From: an uncultured delta proteobacterium
GTDB lineage: Bacteria > Myxococcota_A > Polyangia > Palsa-1104
Length of the DNA stretch: 64,000 nucleotides
Assembly (NCBI GenBank): GCA_963785725.1
Contig: CAWAWS010000007.1
Span: 256,001 to 320,000, forward strand
Direction: 5' to 3'
This document shows positions 35,585-47,153 of the stretch, piece after piece (the first letter of the stretch is position 1; each line of letters starts with the position of its first letter). A model generated the notes under the pieces. The model was not told the DNA's origin, did not search any database, and saw only the letters and a list, made by a program, of their open reading frames with translations. The translations under genes were made by a program, and so were the position numbers.

Positions 35585-36931
35585 GTGCAAGAGCTAGGCG
35601 ACGACGCCGTCAGACATCTGCAAGCGCTCATTCGTATCGACACGACCAACCCGCCCGGCAACGAGACGCCGGCCGCCGAATACCTGGCCGATCTGCTGAC
35701 GCAAAGCGGGCTTTCGCCGCAGCTGATCGGCGAGACGCCCAAGCGGCAGAACGTCATCGCGCGCATCAAAGGCAACGGCAAGAAGGCGCCGCTGCTCTTG
35801 GCCGCGCATCTCGACGTCGTCGAGGCCGAGCCCGAGAGCTGGAAGCATCCGCCGTTCTCGGGCGAGATCCACGACGGCTACATTTGGGGTCGCGGCGCCA
35901 TCGACATGAAGCACATGGCGGTCATGTGCGCGCTCGTCATCGCGCGGCTGAAGCGGGAGGGCCTCGCGCTCGAGCGCGATCTCATCTTCGCCGGTGTCGC
36001 CGACGAGGAGGCCGGCTGCGATCACGGCTCGCGCTGGCTCGTCGACAACCATCCCGACCTCGTGCGCGCCGAGTTCTCGCTCGGCGAAGCGGGCGGCTTC
36101 TCGGTGCGCATGAACGGCCGCGTCATCTACCCCATCCAAGTCGCCGAGAAGGGCACGGTGTGGATGAAGCTGCGCGCCACCGGTCGTCCCGGTCACGGCT
36201 CGATGCCGCGCGAGAACAACGCCGTCGCCAAGATCGGCGCGGCCATCGCCAAGATCGCGGCCACCAAGCTGCCGCCGCATAAAACCGCCGTAGTCGAGCG
36301 TTATCTGCGCGCGATCGCGGCCACGCAGAAGTTTCCGGCGTCGATGCTGCTGCCGAAGCTGCACAACCGCGCGGTGGCCAACTTCCTGCTCAGCAAAGTG
36401 CCCGATCGCGGCGTGGCCGCGGCGCTGGCGGCGACGCTGTCGAACACCGCGGTGCCGACGGTGTTGCGCGCCGGCGCCAAGACCAACGTCATCCCCGGCT
36501 TCGCCGAAGCGTGGGTCGACGGGCGTTCGCTGCCGGGGCAGTCGGCGCAGGATCTGGTGCGCGAGATCAAGGACGTCATCGGCCACGACATCGAGATCGA
36601 CGTCGAGCGCGACATGCCGCCGGTCGAGATCGATCCGCAATCGCCGCTGTGGGACTTGATGGTCGCGGCCTTGAAGAAGCACGATCCCGAAGGCGTGCCC
36701 GTGCCCTATTTGGCGCCCGGCTTCTCCGACGCCAAGAGTTGGTCGCGTCTCGGCACGCGCTGCTACGGCTTCATGCCCGTGCGCTTCCCCGACGACGGCA
36801 CGCGCTTCGCCGACCTCTTTCACGGCCACGACGAGCGCATCCCCGTCGAAGGCTTACGCTGGGGCGTGCACGTGCTCTACGACGTCGTGCGCGCCTTCGT
36901 CACCGGCGCCACGGCGATCCCTACTTCTTGA
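35585..36931 (+). CDS. M20/M25/M40 metallo-hydrolase
   Basis: HLDVV, GRGAIDMK, DEE, GHGS, HGHDE. Confidence 0.92.
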   Translation: MQELGDDAVRHLQALIRIDTTNPPGNETPAAEYLADLLTQSGLSPQLIGETPKRQNVIARIKGNGKKAPLLLAAHLDVVEAEPESWKHPPFSGEIHDGYIWGRGAIDMKHMAVMCALVIARLKREGLALERDLIFAGVADEEAGCDHGSRWLVDNHPDLVRAEFSLGEAGGFSVRMNGRVIYPIQVAEKGTVWMKLRATGRPGHGSMPRENNAVAKIGAAIAKIAATKLPPHKTAVVERYLRAIAATQKFPASMLLPKLHNRAVANFLLSKVPDRGVAAALAATLSNTAVPTVLRAGAKTNVIPGFAEAWVDGRSLPGQSAQDLVREIKDVIGHDIEIDVERDMPPVEIDPQSPLWDLMVAALKKHDPEGVPVPYLAPGFSDAKSWSRLGTRCYGFMPVRFPDDGTRFADLFHGHDERIPVEGLRWGVHVLYDVVRAFVTGATAIPTS

Positions 36932-37436
36932 TCGTCGTCGCCTGCGCGGTCGCTTCGAACAGCTTGACGTTCTCCGCGAAGTGCTCCGCCGGCGCCGTGA
37001 ACGTCAGCACCGCGTGTTCCTGCCCGCTGGCCACGTAAAACTGCAGCTGTCGAATCGCTCCGCCGCCGCCGGGCGGAATCATCTCGAACACGAAGCGCGC
37101 CGCCTGCACCTCGTCGATGGTCACGATCGCACGCTCGAGCGCCTTGAACTTCGAGTCGGGCAGCCGCTTCGTCACCGACTTGCGCGCGTCTTCGGCGTAG
37201 CGGTCGAGCATCTCCTCGTTGGCCGGCGCGCCGCCGAGCTGCACCTTGGCTTGGTAGACGAGGTTGTGCGGCTCGTCGACGGCCATCGTGTACAGCTTCG
37301 GGTCGCCGGTGGTCTTGTCGGTCCAGCCGGCGGGGATCTTGAAGCGAAAGTGGGAGTCGGAGATCGGCGGCGTGACGTCCGCGAGCGCGGCGTGGCCGAG
37401 GCCGACGACGAGCGCGGCAACGACGAAGGCTTTCAT
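36921..37436 (-). CDS. Exported PsbP/DcrB-like protein
   Basis: Signal peptide; F.FKIPAGW start and VLTFTA...F end. Confidence 0.55.
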   Translation of the reverse strand: MKAFVVAALVVGLGHAALADVTPPISDSHFRFKIPAGWTDKTTGDPKLYTMAVDEPHNLVYQAKVQLGGAPANEEMLDRYAEDARKSVTKRLPDSKFKALERAIVTIDEVQAARFVFEMIPPGGGGAIRQLQFYVASGQEHAVLTFTAPAEHFAENVKLFEATAQATTIKK

Positions 37437-37471
37437 GCGCGGAAGATACTACAAGATGCGGCGCGGTCGAA

Positions 37472-38512
37472 TCAGTAGCCGCGAGCGACGAGCCAGTTGG
37501 TGAGCGTGCGGTAGAAGTCGACGCAGTTGAAGCCGCTCGTCGTCGGCGTGCCGGCCAGCTGACAGACCTCTTCCATGTGGTCGGCGGGCACGCAGCCCAA
37601 GAACGTGCCCCATTTGGCCGACTCGACGGGCACGAGCGCGTCGTTGGTGGGCGCGATCGGCGACGAGCCGTTGATGAGCGCGCCCGTCGCTGCCAAGAGC
37701 GCCTGCGTGTCGTCGACGACGCCGTCCCACTGTCCGATCATGCCCGGCTCGATGTCGGTGCCACAGTCGATGTCGCCGTTCTGATCGTTGGCGCGGCCCG
37801 CGATCGAATAATAGTCGACGTCGGGGCTGTCGGGATATTGCGCCGTGAACGCCGCCGCGCCCGCCGTCGTCAGCTGCTTGATCGACGCCTGCGCGTTCGA
37901 GTTCGGCGACTGCCCCGGGTCGAGCACGGTCTCGCCGAACAGCTGCAAGAGCGCGGCGAGCGCGTCGGTGACCGAGCCCGGCAGGTCGCCTTCGGCGATG
38001 TCGGCGACGGGCGTGCCGCGGTTGACGCCGGCCACGAGGACGGCGGCGCCGACCTTCTTGCCCAGCTTGTTGGCGACGTAACGACAGTCGAGCGCGCCCT
38101 GCGAGTGACAGATCATGATGACGTGATCGGCGCCGGTCTCGTCGAGGATCGCCTGCGTCTGCGTCAGCAGCTCGGCGCCGCGCACGGTCGAGTCGTTGTA
38201 CGGATCGACCTGCGTGACGTAAATCGGATGGCCGTCCTTGCGTAACGCGTCGGCAACGCCGTAGAAATAGTCGATCGGTCCGATGTTCTGGAAGCCGGAG
38301 AAGCCATGCGCGAGGATGATCGGCGTCGGGTTCGCAGGCGGCCCGGTGTTGACGACGCCGACGGGCCAGTTGGTCGGCGGTGGCGGCGCGGCGTTGCCGC
38401 CGGTGCCGGTGGAGGTCGTGGTCGTCGTCGCGGGCGCGCCCATCGAGGAGCTACAGCCGGCGGCGAACAACCCCAATGTAACCAACGAGGCGACGGCTGG
38501 AACACGTTTCAT
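37472..38512 (-). CDS. Triacylglycerol lipase-like lipoprotein
   Basis: Lipobox AAGC; PIILAHG, HSQG, GTPVAD, NDALV, DH. Confidence 0.85.
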   Translation of the reverse strand: MKRVPAVASLVTLGLFAAGCSSSMGAPATTTTTSTGTGGNAAPPPPTNWPVGVVNTGPPANPTPIILAHGFSGFQNIGPIDYFYGVADALRKDGHPIYVTQVDPYNDSTVRGAELLTQTQAILDETGADHVIMICHSQGALDCRYVANKLGKKVGAAVLVAGVNRGTPVADIAEGDLPGSVTDALAALLQLFGETVLDPGQSPNSNAQASIKQLTTAGAAAFTAQYPDSPDVDYYSIAGRANDQNGDIDCGTDIEPGMIGQWDGVVDDTQALLAATGALINGSSPIAPTNDALVPVESAKWGTFLGCVPADHMEEVCQLAGTPTTSGFNCVDFYRTLTNWLVARGY

Positions 38513-38625
38513 GCGGTCCGACCTCCCGCGCGAAACTCTCGTCCTCGTGACTACACGTGTCAAGTGTTTGAATTCCAAGTGTATTTTACGCAACGCGTCA
38601 CGTACATGTCGTCGTGGGTGAGTTA

Positions 38626-39600
38626 ATGGCGCGTTTCGCCAAGATTGATCGGATGTTGCGCGATGCTGTCGGTCCCGTTTTCCCGGCGGCACAATTGATC
38701 GTCTGCGATCGCTTTTCGCCGCTCTTCGATCAAGCGGTCGGCGACTGCACGGGCGAGACGCTGTTCGACGTCGCGTCGCTGACGAAGGCGCTGGCGACGA
38801 CGACGCTGACGATGCACGCGATCGACGACGGCACGCTGACGCTGGAGACGCGGCCGCGGCCGGAGATGACGGTGGCGCAGCTGTTGGCGCACGCGTCCGG
38901 CCTGCCGGCGTGGAAGCGGCTCGGCGACAGCCGCGATGAGGTGCTGCGCACGATCGCCGATGAGCCGCTCGAGGCGCCACCGGGCACGCGCTCCGTCTAC
39001 AGCGACTTGGGGTTCATCTTGCTCGGCGCCACCGTCGAGCGCGCGCTCGGCGTCGGCCTGGATGCGGCCTTCGCCGCGCGCATCGCCGCGCCGCTCGGCC
39101 TCGGCATGACGTATCTGCCGCGCGATCCGGCCGCGTGCGCGCCCACCGAAGGCGACGTGCGCGGCGTCGTGCACGACGAGAACGCGCGCGCCCTCGGTGG
39201 CGTCGCCGGCCACGCCGGGCTGTTCGCGACCGCGCGTGACGTCTCGCGCGTCGCGCATTCGCTCGTCGCCGCCTGGCACGGCGCGCGCTCGGCGTCGGTG
39301 CCGCGCATCTTGCCGCCGGCGCGCGTGCAGCAGCTGTGGACGCCGTCGGGCGTGCCCGGCTCGACGTGGTGCCTCGGCTGGGATCGCCCGGCGCCCGCCC
39401 ATTCTTCGGCGGGCACGCGCTGGCCGCGCGACGGCGTCGGCCATCTCGGCTTCACCGGCTGCTCGCTGTGGATCGATCCGCCGCGCGCCCGCTGGGTCGT
39501 GCTGCTCTCGAACCGCGTGCATCCGACGCGCGCCAACGAGCGGATCAAGCAGCTTCGGCCGGCGCTGCACGATGCGATCGTCTCCGCGCTCGACGACTGA
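38626..39600 (+). CDS. Serine hydrolase, beta-lactamase class C-like family
   Basis: FDVASLTK (SxxK), LLAHASGL, YSD, HLGFTG, LSNR. Confidence 0.9.
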   Translation: MARFAKIDRMLRDAVGPVFPAAQLIVCDRFSPLFDQAVGDCTGETLFDVASLTKALATTTLTMHAIDDGTLTLETRPRPEMTVAQLLAHASGLPAWKRLGDSRDEVLRTIADEPLEAPPGTRSVYSDLGFILLGATVERALGVGLDAAFAARIAAPLGLGMTYLPRDPAACAPTEGDVRGVVHDENARALGGVAGHAGLFATARDVSRVAHSLVAAWHGARSASVPRILPPARVQQLWTPSGVPGSTWCLGWDRPAPAHSSAGTRWPRDGVGHLGFTGCSLWIDPPRARWVVLLSNRVHPTRANERIKQLRPALHDAIVSALDD

Positions 39601-39691
39601 CCGGCGGACACGACGCGCGTGTCCAATCGGCCACGCGACTACGAGTTACGAGCGCTTGCGCGCGGTCCGCGGCCTGCTTTGCAGGGCCCGC

Positions 39692-40927
39692 ATGCGAAAA
39701 CTAACTGCCATCGGCTTCATTTGGGTCGGCTGCACCATCGCTTGGATGATCTTGGGCTCGACGCTCCTCATCCGCACCGACGAGAGCTCGGCCACGCTCA
39801 CGTCCGACCTCGGCGGCTTGTGGGGACCGCCGCTGCAGCAGGCGCCGCCGCACGCCGGCTACACCATCACGCGGCCGCACAAAGAGACGGTCTCCGTCAG
39901 CGACGGCATCAACGGCGTCGTTCAGCGCGAGACCGTGCGCGACGAGGAGGTGCAGATGTCGCTGCCGCTCGAGCGCACCGACGGCGCCGTCAGCATGCAC
40001 CTCGAGCACCGCCGCAAAGGGCTCGTCTGGTTCGCGACCTACGCCGTCGACTTCCGCGCCGAATACGACTTCGTCAACGACTCGGGCGTCGATCGCACCA
40101 TCGACTTGCGCTTTCCGCTCGCCGCCGACCAGGCCATCTTCGACGGCTTCATCGTGCGCGACGACGCCGGCGCCGAGGTGCAATCCACGATCGATCACGG
40201 TGCCGCCAACTGGCGCGCCATCTTCCGCGCCGGCGAGCGCCGCCGCTTCTCGGTGCACTACGCGTCGCGCGGCAGCAATCGCTGGGTCTACCAGTGCGCC
40301 GCCGCCGGCCAAGTGCGCGACTTCCACCTCGCCGCCGACACCGACTTCGGCGCCGTCGATTTCCCGCCCGCGTCGCTGGCGCCGACTGCGCACGCGCGCA
40401 CGGCCGGCGGCTGGCACGGCGAGTGGAAGTTCGCCACGCTCATCGCGACGCAGCCGCTCGGCATCGTGGTGCCGCAGAAGCTGAACCCGGGACCGCTGGC
40501 GTCGAAGATCACGTTCTTCGCGCCGCTGAGCCTGCTGTTCTTCTTCTTCGTCGTGGCCGTGCTGGCGGCGGCGCAGCGCCGGCGCATCCATCCGCTCAAC
40601 TATTTTTTCTTCGGCTGCGCGTTCTTCGCCTTCCACCTGCTGTTCGCCTATCTCGTCGATCACGTCGCGGTGGCGCCGGCGTTCACGCTGGCGTCGGTGG
40701 TGTCGTTGGCGCTCGTCGTGTCCTACGCGCGGCTGTTCGTCGGCTGGCGCTTCGCGCTGCGTGAGATGGCGTTGGCGCAGCTGATCTACTTGGTGCTCTT
40801 CTCGTTCACGTTCTTTTGGGCGGGATTTACGGGCCTGGCGATCACGCTCGGCGCCATCGTGACGCTGTTCGTGATGATGCAGGTGACGGGACGAGTCGAG
40901 TGGGACGAGGAAGAAACGCCGGTGTAG
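39692..40927 (+). CDS. CreD-like inner membrane protein
   Basis: N-terminal TM, periplasmic domain, C-terminal TMs with IHP.NY, LFAYL.DH, MMQVTGRVEW. Confidence 0.7.
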   Translation: MRKLTAIGFIWVGCTIAWMILGSTLLIRTDESSATLTSDLGGLWGPPLQQAPPHAGYTITRPHKETVSVSDGINGVVQRETVRDEEVQMSLPLERTDGAVSMHLEHRRKGLVWFATYAVDFRAEYDFVNDSGVDRTIDLRFPLAADQAIFDGFIVRDDAGAEVQSTIDHGAANWRAIFRAGERRRFSVHYASRGSNRWVYQCAAAGQVRDFHLAADTDFGAVDFPPASLAPTAHARTAGGWHGEWKFATLIATQPLGIVVPQKLNPGPLASKITFFAPLSLLFFFFVVAVLAAAQRRRIHPLNYFFFGCAFFAFHLLFAYLVDHVAVAPAFTLASVVSLALVVSYARLFVGWRFALREMALAQLIYLVLFSFTFFWAGFTGLAITLGAIVTLFVMMQVTGRVEWDEEETPV

Positions 40928-40988
40928 AGCCGGCCGCGCGGTCCAATCGCTGCGTTGTCGTCTTGCGCTTGGACCGCTCGCGACGGCG

Positions 40989-42455
40989 CTAGGAAATCGG
41001 GATGGTCGTGTCGGACTGAACGCACGACGACAGGTCGAAGAGCATGAACGCCAGCGCCTTCTCCTGATCGCTCAGCGTGTACGGCGTCACGCAGGCGCCG
41101 GGGAACGTCTTGCCGGCGGCGCCGGTCACCAACGCGGACGTCGTGACGTGGAAGTCGCTGAACACGGCGCGGCCGCAGTATTGCGGGTTGCCCATGTCGT
41201 CCGGCGGCGCGTCGAGCGGCGTGTTGAACGTCATGTGCATGACGCCGGGCGAGACGACGTTGGGCGGCGTCTCTTGCGCGCTGTTGGCCGGGAACGTGTT
41301 GAAGTTGATCCAGCTCTGCGTCGCGCCGAGGACCGCCGAGACGTCGTGACGGCCTTGCACGATGTTGAGCTGACCCATCGGCGACGCCGCGCTGACGCCG
41401 GCCGCGATCAGCCACTGCGCGAACGCCATGCCCTTCGGGAACGTCGTGTTCAGCACGCCTTGGATGCCGGCGGCGTTGCCGTAATCGTCGGCTTGTCCCG
41501 GCTGCCACGTGGCGACGGCCTCGAACGGGCTGTTCGCGTAGTGCCACCAATCGTAGCTGTAGTGGGTCGTGAAGACGCGGCCGCCGGCGTTGACGTAGCT
41601 GGCGACATTGCCGACGTTGGTCGCGCCTTGATCGAACTCTCCGCCTTCGCACGGCAGCATGATGAGGTCGTAGGTCATGAGCGTCGTCTCGTCGCCGTAG
41701 AGCGCGGTGCCGGAGGGCGTGGCGGCGCTCATCGTCGTGCCCGGCTTGTTGGCGCCCTTGAAGAACGAGATGCGCGTGTTCGCCGCCGGCTCCTGAATCT
41801 CCGCCGGATCCATGCCGATCTTGAGCAGCAGGCACTCCATCGGATCGGCCGAGCCGGTGACGATGGCGATCTTGGGAATGTCGCCTTCGGTCGAGTTCTT
41901 CGGCAGGCGCGTGTTGTCGGCGATGACCGGCGTCGTCACGCACGCGGGAATGTTCGCCAGCGTCACCGAGCGCCGCCACTTGCCGAGCTGCACGACGAGC
42001 GGCACGTTGTCACCGACGGGAACGTTAGGCAGCGAGAAGGTGCCGTCCGGTCCCGTCAACGTCTGCACGATCGGGTTGCCGGAGACGCTGCCGTCGCAGC
42101 GATCGCAGCTCGCGCCTTGCGGGAACGGGTCCGGCGTCGTCGATGGAATGTAGACGATGGCGTTGTAGAGCGGCAGCGTGCCGTTGGGCGCGTAGACGGT
42201 GCCGGTGAGCGTCGTCGTGCCGCCGCCGGCGCAGCTCATTTGGCAGGCCGTGCCGACGCAGGTGTTGCCGGTGCCGCCGCCGTTGCCGGTGCCGCCGCCG
42301 TTGCCGGTGCCGCCGCCGTTGCCGGTGCCGCCGCCGTTGCCGGTGCCGCCACCGTTGCCGGTGCCGCCACCGTGACCGGACGTGCCGTTGTGATTGCAGC
42401 CGGCGATCAACAGCGCAGCAGAGAGTGAAATGACGACGCTAGCAGCCCTACGCAT
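40989..42455 (-). CDS. Lipoprotein with carboxypeptidase-regulatory-like domain
   Basis: SD GGAGG; lipobox IAGC; TGTVYAPNG, QLGKWRR; Cys-rich. Confidence 0.75.
   Translation of the reverse strand: MRRAASVVISLSAALLIAGCNHNGTSGHGGGTGNGGGTGNGGGTGNGGGTGNGGGTGNGGGTGNTCVGTACQMSCAGGGTTTLTGTVYAPNGTLPLYNAIVYIPSTTPDPFPQGASCDRCDGSVSGNPIVQTLTGPDGTFSLPNVPVGDNVPLVVQLGKWRRSVTLANIPACVTTPVIADNTRLPKNSTEGDIPKIAIVTGSADPMECLLLKIGMDPAEIQEPAANTRISFFKGANKPGTTMSAATPSGTALYGDETTLMTYDLIMLPCEGGEFDQGATNVGNVASYVNAGGRVFTTHYSYDWWHYANSPFEAVATWQPGQADDYGNAAGIQGVLNTTFPKGMAFAQWLIAAGVSAASPMGQLNIVQGRHDVSAVLGATQSWINFNTFPANSAQETPPNVVSPGVMHMTFNTPLDAPPDDMGNPQYCGRAVFSDFHVTTSALVTGAAGKTFPGACVTPYTLSDQEKALAFMLFDLSSCVQSDTTIPIS
42264..42371. 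repeat. Coding 18-bp tandem repeat x6 (GGGTGN)
   Basis: GTTGCCGGTGCCGCC(G/A)CC repeated six times. Confidence 0.9.
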
Positions 42456-42532
42456 GGCAAACCTCCTCAACTCGGCTCGGTCTAATCTTATCATTGAAAC
42501 AAGCGCTTCTTGCGTTTAACGTCCGCTCTCGC

Positions 42533-42858
42533 ATGTCCTACCGCGCACCACTTTGCGTCCCAGTGGAGCTGCGTCGAGACGGACGCAGCCGGTGGTTTCG
42601 ACTCACCACGAGCATCAACCAAGAGTTGGTGGTACTGGCGCAAATCTGTCCGGAAGAGATCGATGGTGTCGTAAACGTTGCATTTCACCTGCCAGGCGAC
42701 GCGGTCCCGATTCGTTGTCGCGGGCGCATCGCCGAAGAAGTTGTAGGCGAAGGTGAGGAGCAGCACGCCGAGCGCCGGCTCGTTCGCTTCGAAGCCATGG
42801 AGCCCGAGGCGAGTGACCGAATTTCCAATTACGTTACAGAGAGGCTAGGCCTGTTCGC

Positions 42859-42862
<4 letters not shown>
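42533..42862 (+). CDS. Degenerate PilZ-like protein
   Basis: [16 protein letters not shown]...IRCRGRI, VRF...I.NYV. Confidence 0.6.
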
Positions 42863-44427
<1,565 letters not shown>

Positions 44428-44524
44428 GGGCTCTGTAGGCGTACTGATGCGTCAATTGTAACGGCAATTGCCGCGTAAACTCGCGTTGCCGCTCCAGACG
44501 ATCGTGATATTCTGGAGCGGCCAG

Positions 44525-46285
44525 ATGAAGAAGCTCTGCTGGTTTGTCGTGGGTGCGGTCGCCGTCTCGGGCTGCGCGGGTAGAATGCCGGAGCCGCGTC
44601 CACCGACGATGGTGCGCAGCTTCCACGGCACGATCGTCCCCGGCTATTACGTCTCGCCGCTGTCTTACGAGCATTATCTGCGGGCGCAGCTGCTGTCGAA
44701 CGACGGACGCGCCGAAGAGGCGGCCGATCAGCTGCGCCAGGCGATCGCGTCCGACGGGGCGTCGGCCTACTTGCGGACCCGACTGGCCGAGGAGCTGTTG
44801 ACGCTCGGCCGCGTCGACGAAGCGCGCGACGAGATCGAAGCGGCGCTGCACTTGGACACGCAGTTCGCCGAAGCGTACGTCGACATGGCGCGCGTCAAGC
44901 TGCGGCTCGGCGATTCGCCGGGCGCGGAGGCGTCGCTCAAGCGCGCCATCGACGTCGACCGCACGTGCGAGGACGCCTATACGCTGCTCGTGAATCTCTA
45001 TCATGACCGCGGTCAAGAAGGCCGCGTGCTCGAGACCTGGCGCGAGCTAGCACACAATGTTCCGACGTCGGCGCCGGCGCATCAGGCGATGGCGCAAGCG
45101 GCGATGGCGCGCAGCGACTGGAAGACGGCCGAGGCGGAGCTGTTGCGCGCGCTCGAGCTCGACGGCAACTTGGGCGACGCGCGCGAGCAGCTGGCCGAGC
45201 TGTATCAGTGCGAAGGGCGCTTCGCCGAAGCCGTGACGACGCTGCAGGACGCCTACGATCGCAGCGGCGATGGTCGCACGCTCGAGCGGCTGGTGAAGCT
45301 GGAGGCGGCCATCGGTCGCCTCGAAGACGCCCGCGCCACCGTCGAGAAGTTGGAAGACGAAGGCGGCGGGCTCGATCGCAAAGTGTGGATCGGCTGGCGC
45401 TGGCTCGACGCGCAGAAGCCGGAGCGCGCGCGCCAGCTGGCGGAGTCGGTGCTCAAGGTCAGCGACACGCCGGGCGCGCACTTGCTGCTCGGCCGCGCGC
45501 TCGACGACCTCGGGCAGACCGACGAAGCGATGGCGCAGCTGACGAAGGTGCCGTCGCGGGCGGCGCAGTTCGTGTCGGCGCAGTCGTTGATGGGACGGCT
45601 CTTGCGCGATCGCGGCCGTTATCGCGAGGCCGTCGACATGCTGGGCAAGGCGATCAAGTCGGTGGCCGCGGCCGAAGACGGCGCCGGCGCCAGCGACACG
45701 CTGCAAGACCTGTTGGCGCAGGTGCACGAGCGCGCCGGCGATCGCGGCCAGTCGATCTCGCTGCTCGAAGGCGCGTTCGCGCGGCGCCCGCATTCGCAGG
45801 AGCTGGCGCTGGCGCTGGGCGCGGCCTACGAGCGCAACGGGCAGTGGGAGCGCGGCGTCGACATCGTGCGCGGCCTTTTGAAGCGCGATCCCGACAGCGT
45901 CTCGGCGCTCAATTTCATCGGCTATGCGTTGGCGAAGCAGAACTTGCGGCTCGACGAAGCGCGCAAGCTGCTCGAGCATGCGCTGGTGCTGCAGCCGATG
46001 TCGGGCGAGGTCGCCGACAGCCTGGGCTGGCTCTACGTCAAGCTCGGCCGGCTCGACGACGGCGAGCGCATGCTCGTGCGCGCCGATCGCCTGTCGCCGG
46101 AGACGCCGGAAGTGCTGACGCATCTCGGTGAGCTGTACGTGCATCGCAGCGATCGCGCCCGCGCCGTCGAGGCCTACAAGCGCGCGCTGGCGCACAAGCC
46201 GGACGAGACGATGCGCCACGCGATCGAAGAGCAGCTCCTGCTGCTCGAGAGCGGGAAGCTCGCGGCCGGGCCGACTTCGCGCTAA
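44525..46285 (+). CDS. TPR-repeat lipoprotein
   Basis: Lipobox VSGC; ALNFIGY.LA, DSLGWLY, HLGE. Confidence 0.85.
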   Translation: MKKLCWFVVGAVAVSGCAGRMPEPRPPTMVRSFHGTIVPGYYVSPLSYEHYLRAQLLSNDGRAEEAADQLRQAIASDGASAYLRTRLAEELLTLGRVDEARDEIEAALHLDTQFAEAYVDMARVKLRLGDSPGAEASLKRAIDVDRTCEDAYTLLVNLYHDRGQEGRVLETWRELAHNVPTSAPAHQAMAQAAMARSDWKTAEAELLRALELDGNLGDAREQLAELYQCEGRFAEAVTTLQDAYDRSGDGRTLERLVKLEAAIGRLEDARATVEKLEDEGGGLDRKVWIGWRWLDAQKPERARQLAESVLKVSDTPGAHLLLGRALDDLGQTDEAMAQLTKVPSRAAQFVSAQSLMGRLLRDRGRYREAVDMLGKAIKSVAAAEDGAGASDTLQDLLAQVHERAGDRGQSISLLEGAFARRPHSQELALALGAAYERNGQWERGVDIVRGLLKRDPDSVSALNFIGYALAKQNLRLDEARKLLEHALVLQPMSGEVADSLGWLYVKLGRLDDGERMLVRADRLSPETPEVLTHLGELYVHRSDRARAVEAYKRALAHKPDETMRHAIEEQLLLLESGKLAAGPTSR

Positions 46286-46294
46286 GTTCCCCGG

Positions 46295-47095
46295 ATGATC
46301 GCCTCGCGCGGCGTCGTCCTTCTCGCGTTCTGCCTTTCACTTTCAGCGTGCATCAAGCCGGCGGTGCGGCCCTACGCGCCACCTTCGGCCGAGCAGCTGC
46401 TGGCGTCGCTGCGCGAGCGCGCCGAGAAGGTGCGCACGCTGCGCGCAACGGCCAAGATCGACGACGTGGCCAAGGGCGGCCAGCGCGTGCGGGTGAAGGT
46501 CGCGCTCTTGGTCGCGCGCGGTGGCAAGCTGCGCTTCGAGGCCGACAGCCCGCTCGGCGGCTCGCTGGCGACGCTGACGTCGGACGGCGCGCAGTTCTCG
46601 CTGCTCGACGTGCGCGCCAACCGCTTCCTGACCGGGCCGGCCAAAGCGTGCAACGTGGCGCGGCTCATTCGCCTCAATATTTCGCCCGAGGACGTGGGCG
46701 CGGTGCTGATGGGCTCGGCGCCGCTGCCGCCCGACGCGCGCATCAAGAGCGCGGGCTGGGACGCCGACCACGGCGGCCGCGAAGTGTTGACGCTGGCCTT
46801 GTCCGACGGCGGCGAAGAGATCATCCAAATGGACGCGCTCAACAAGACGTGGGACGTGCGCCGCGCCGAGCGTCGCGACAGTGCCGGCAAGGTCTTGTGG
46901 CGCGTGACCAACGACGGCTTCAAAGATCGCGACGGCGGCGTGCGCTCGCCCGAGACATCGGACGTCGAAGAGCCGCCGCACGGCGCTGACGCCGAGATCA
47001 AGTTCCGCAACGTCGAGGTCAACGTCGAGCTGCCCGACGAGCTGTTCCGCTTGCCGCCGCCGTCGAACCTGACGCCGGAGCCGGCGGACTGCTAG
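46295..47095 (+). CDS. LolA/LolB-like fold lipoprotein
   Basis: Lipobox LSAC; LRFE...P.G, C-terminal N..LPDELF..P; follows a TPR gene. Confidence 0.6.
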   Translation: MIASRGVVLLAFCLSLSACIKPAVRPYAPPSAEQLLASLRERAEKVRTLRATAKIDDVAKGGQRVRVKVALLVARGGKLRFEADSPLGGSLATLTSDGAQFSLLDVRANRFLTGPAKACNVARLIRLNISPEDVGAVLMGSAPLPPDARIKSAGWDADHGGREVLTLALSDGGEEIIQMDALNKTWDVRRAERRDSAGKVLWRVTNDGFKDRDGGVRSPETSDVEEPPHGADAEIKFRNVEVNVELPDELFRLPPPSNLTPEPADC

Positions 47096-47153
47096 CGTCG
47101 CGAGCCGTCCGATCGCAGCGACGGCGACCACTCGGGCGCACCCGGCCGTCGTC

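Noticed and set aside
42264..42371. CRISPR-like array
   Set aside because: Contiguous in-frame coding repeat with no spacers and no cas genes
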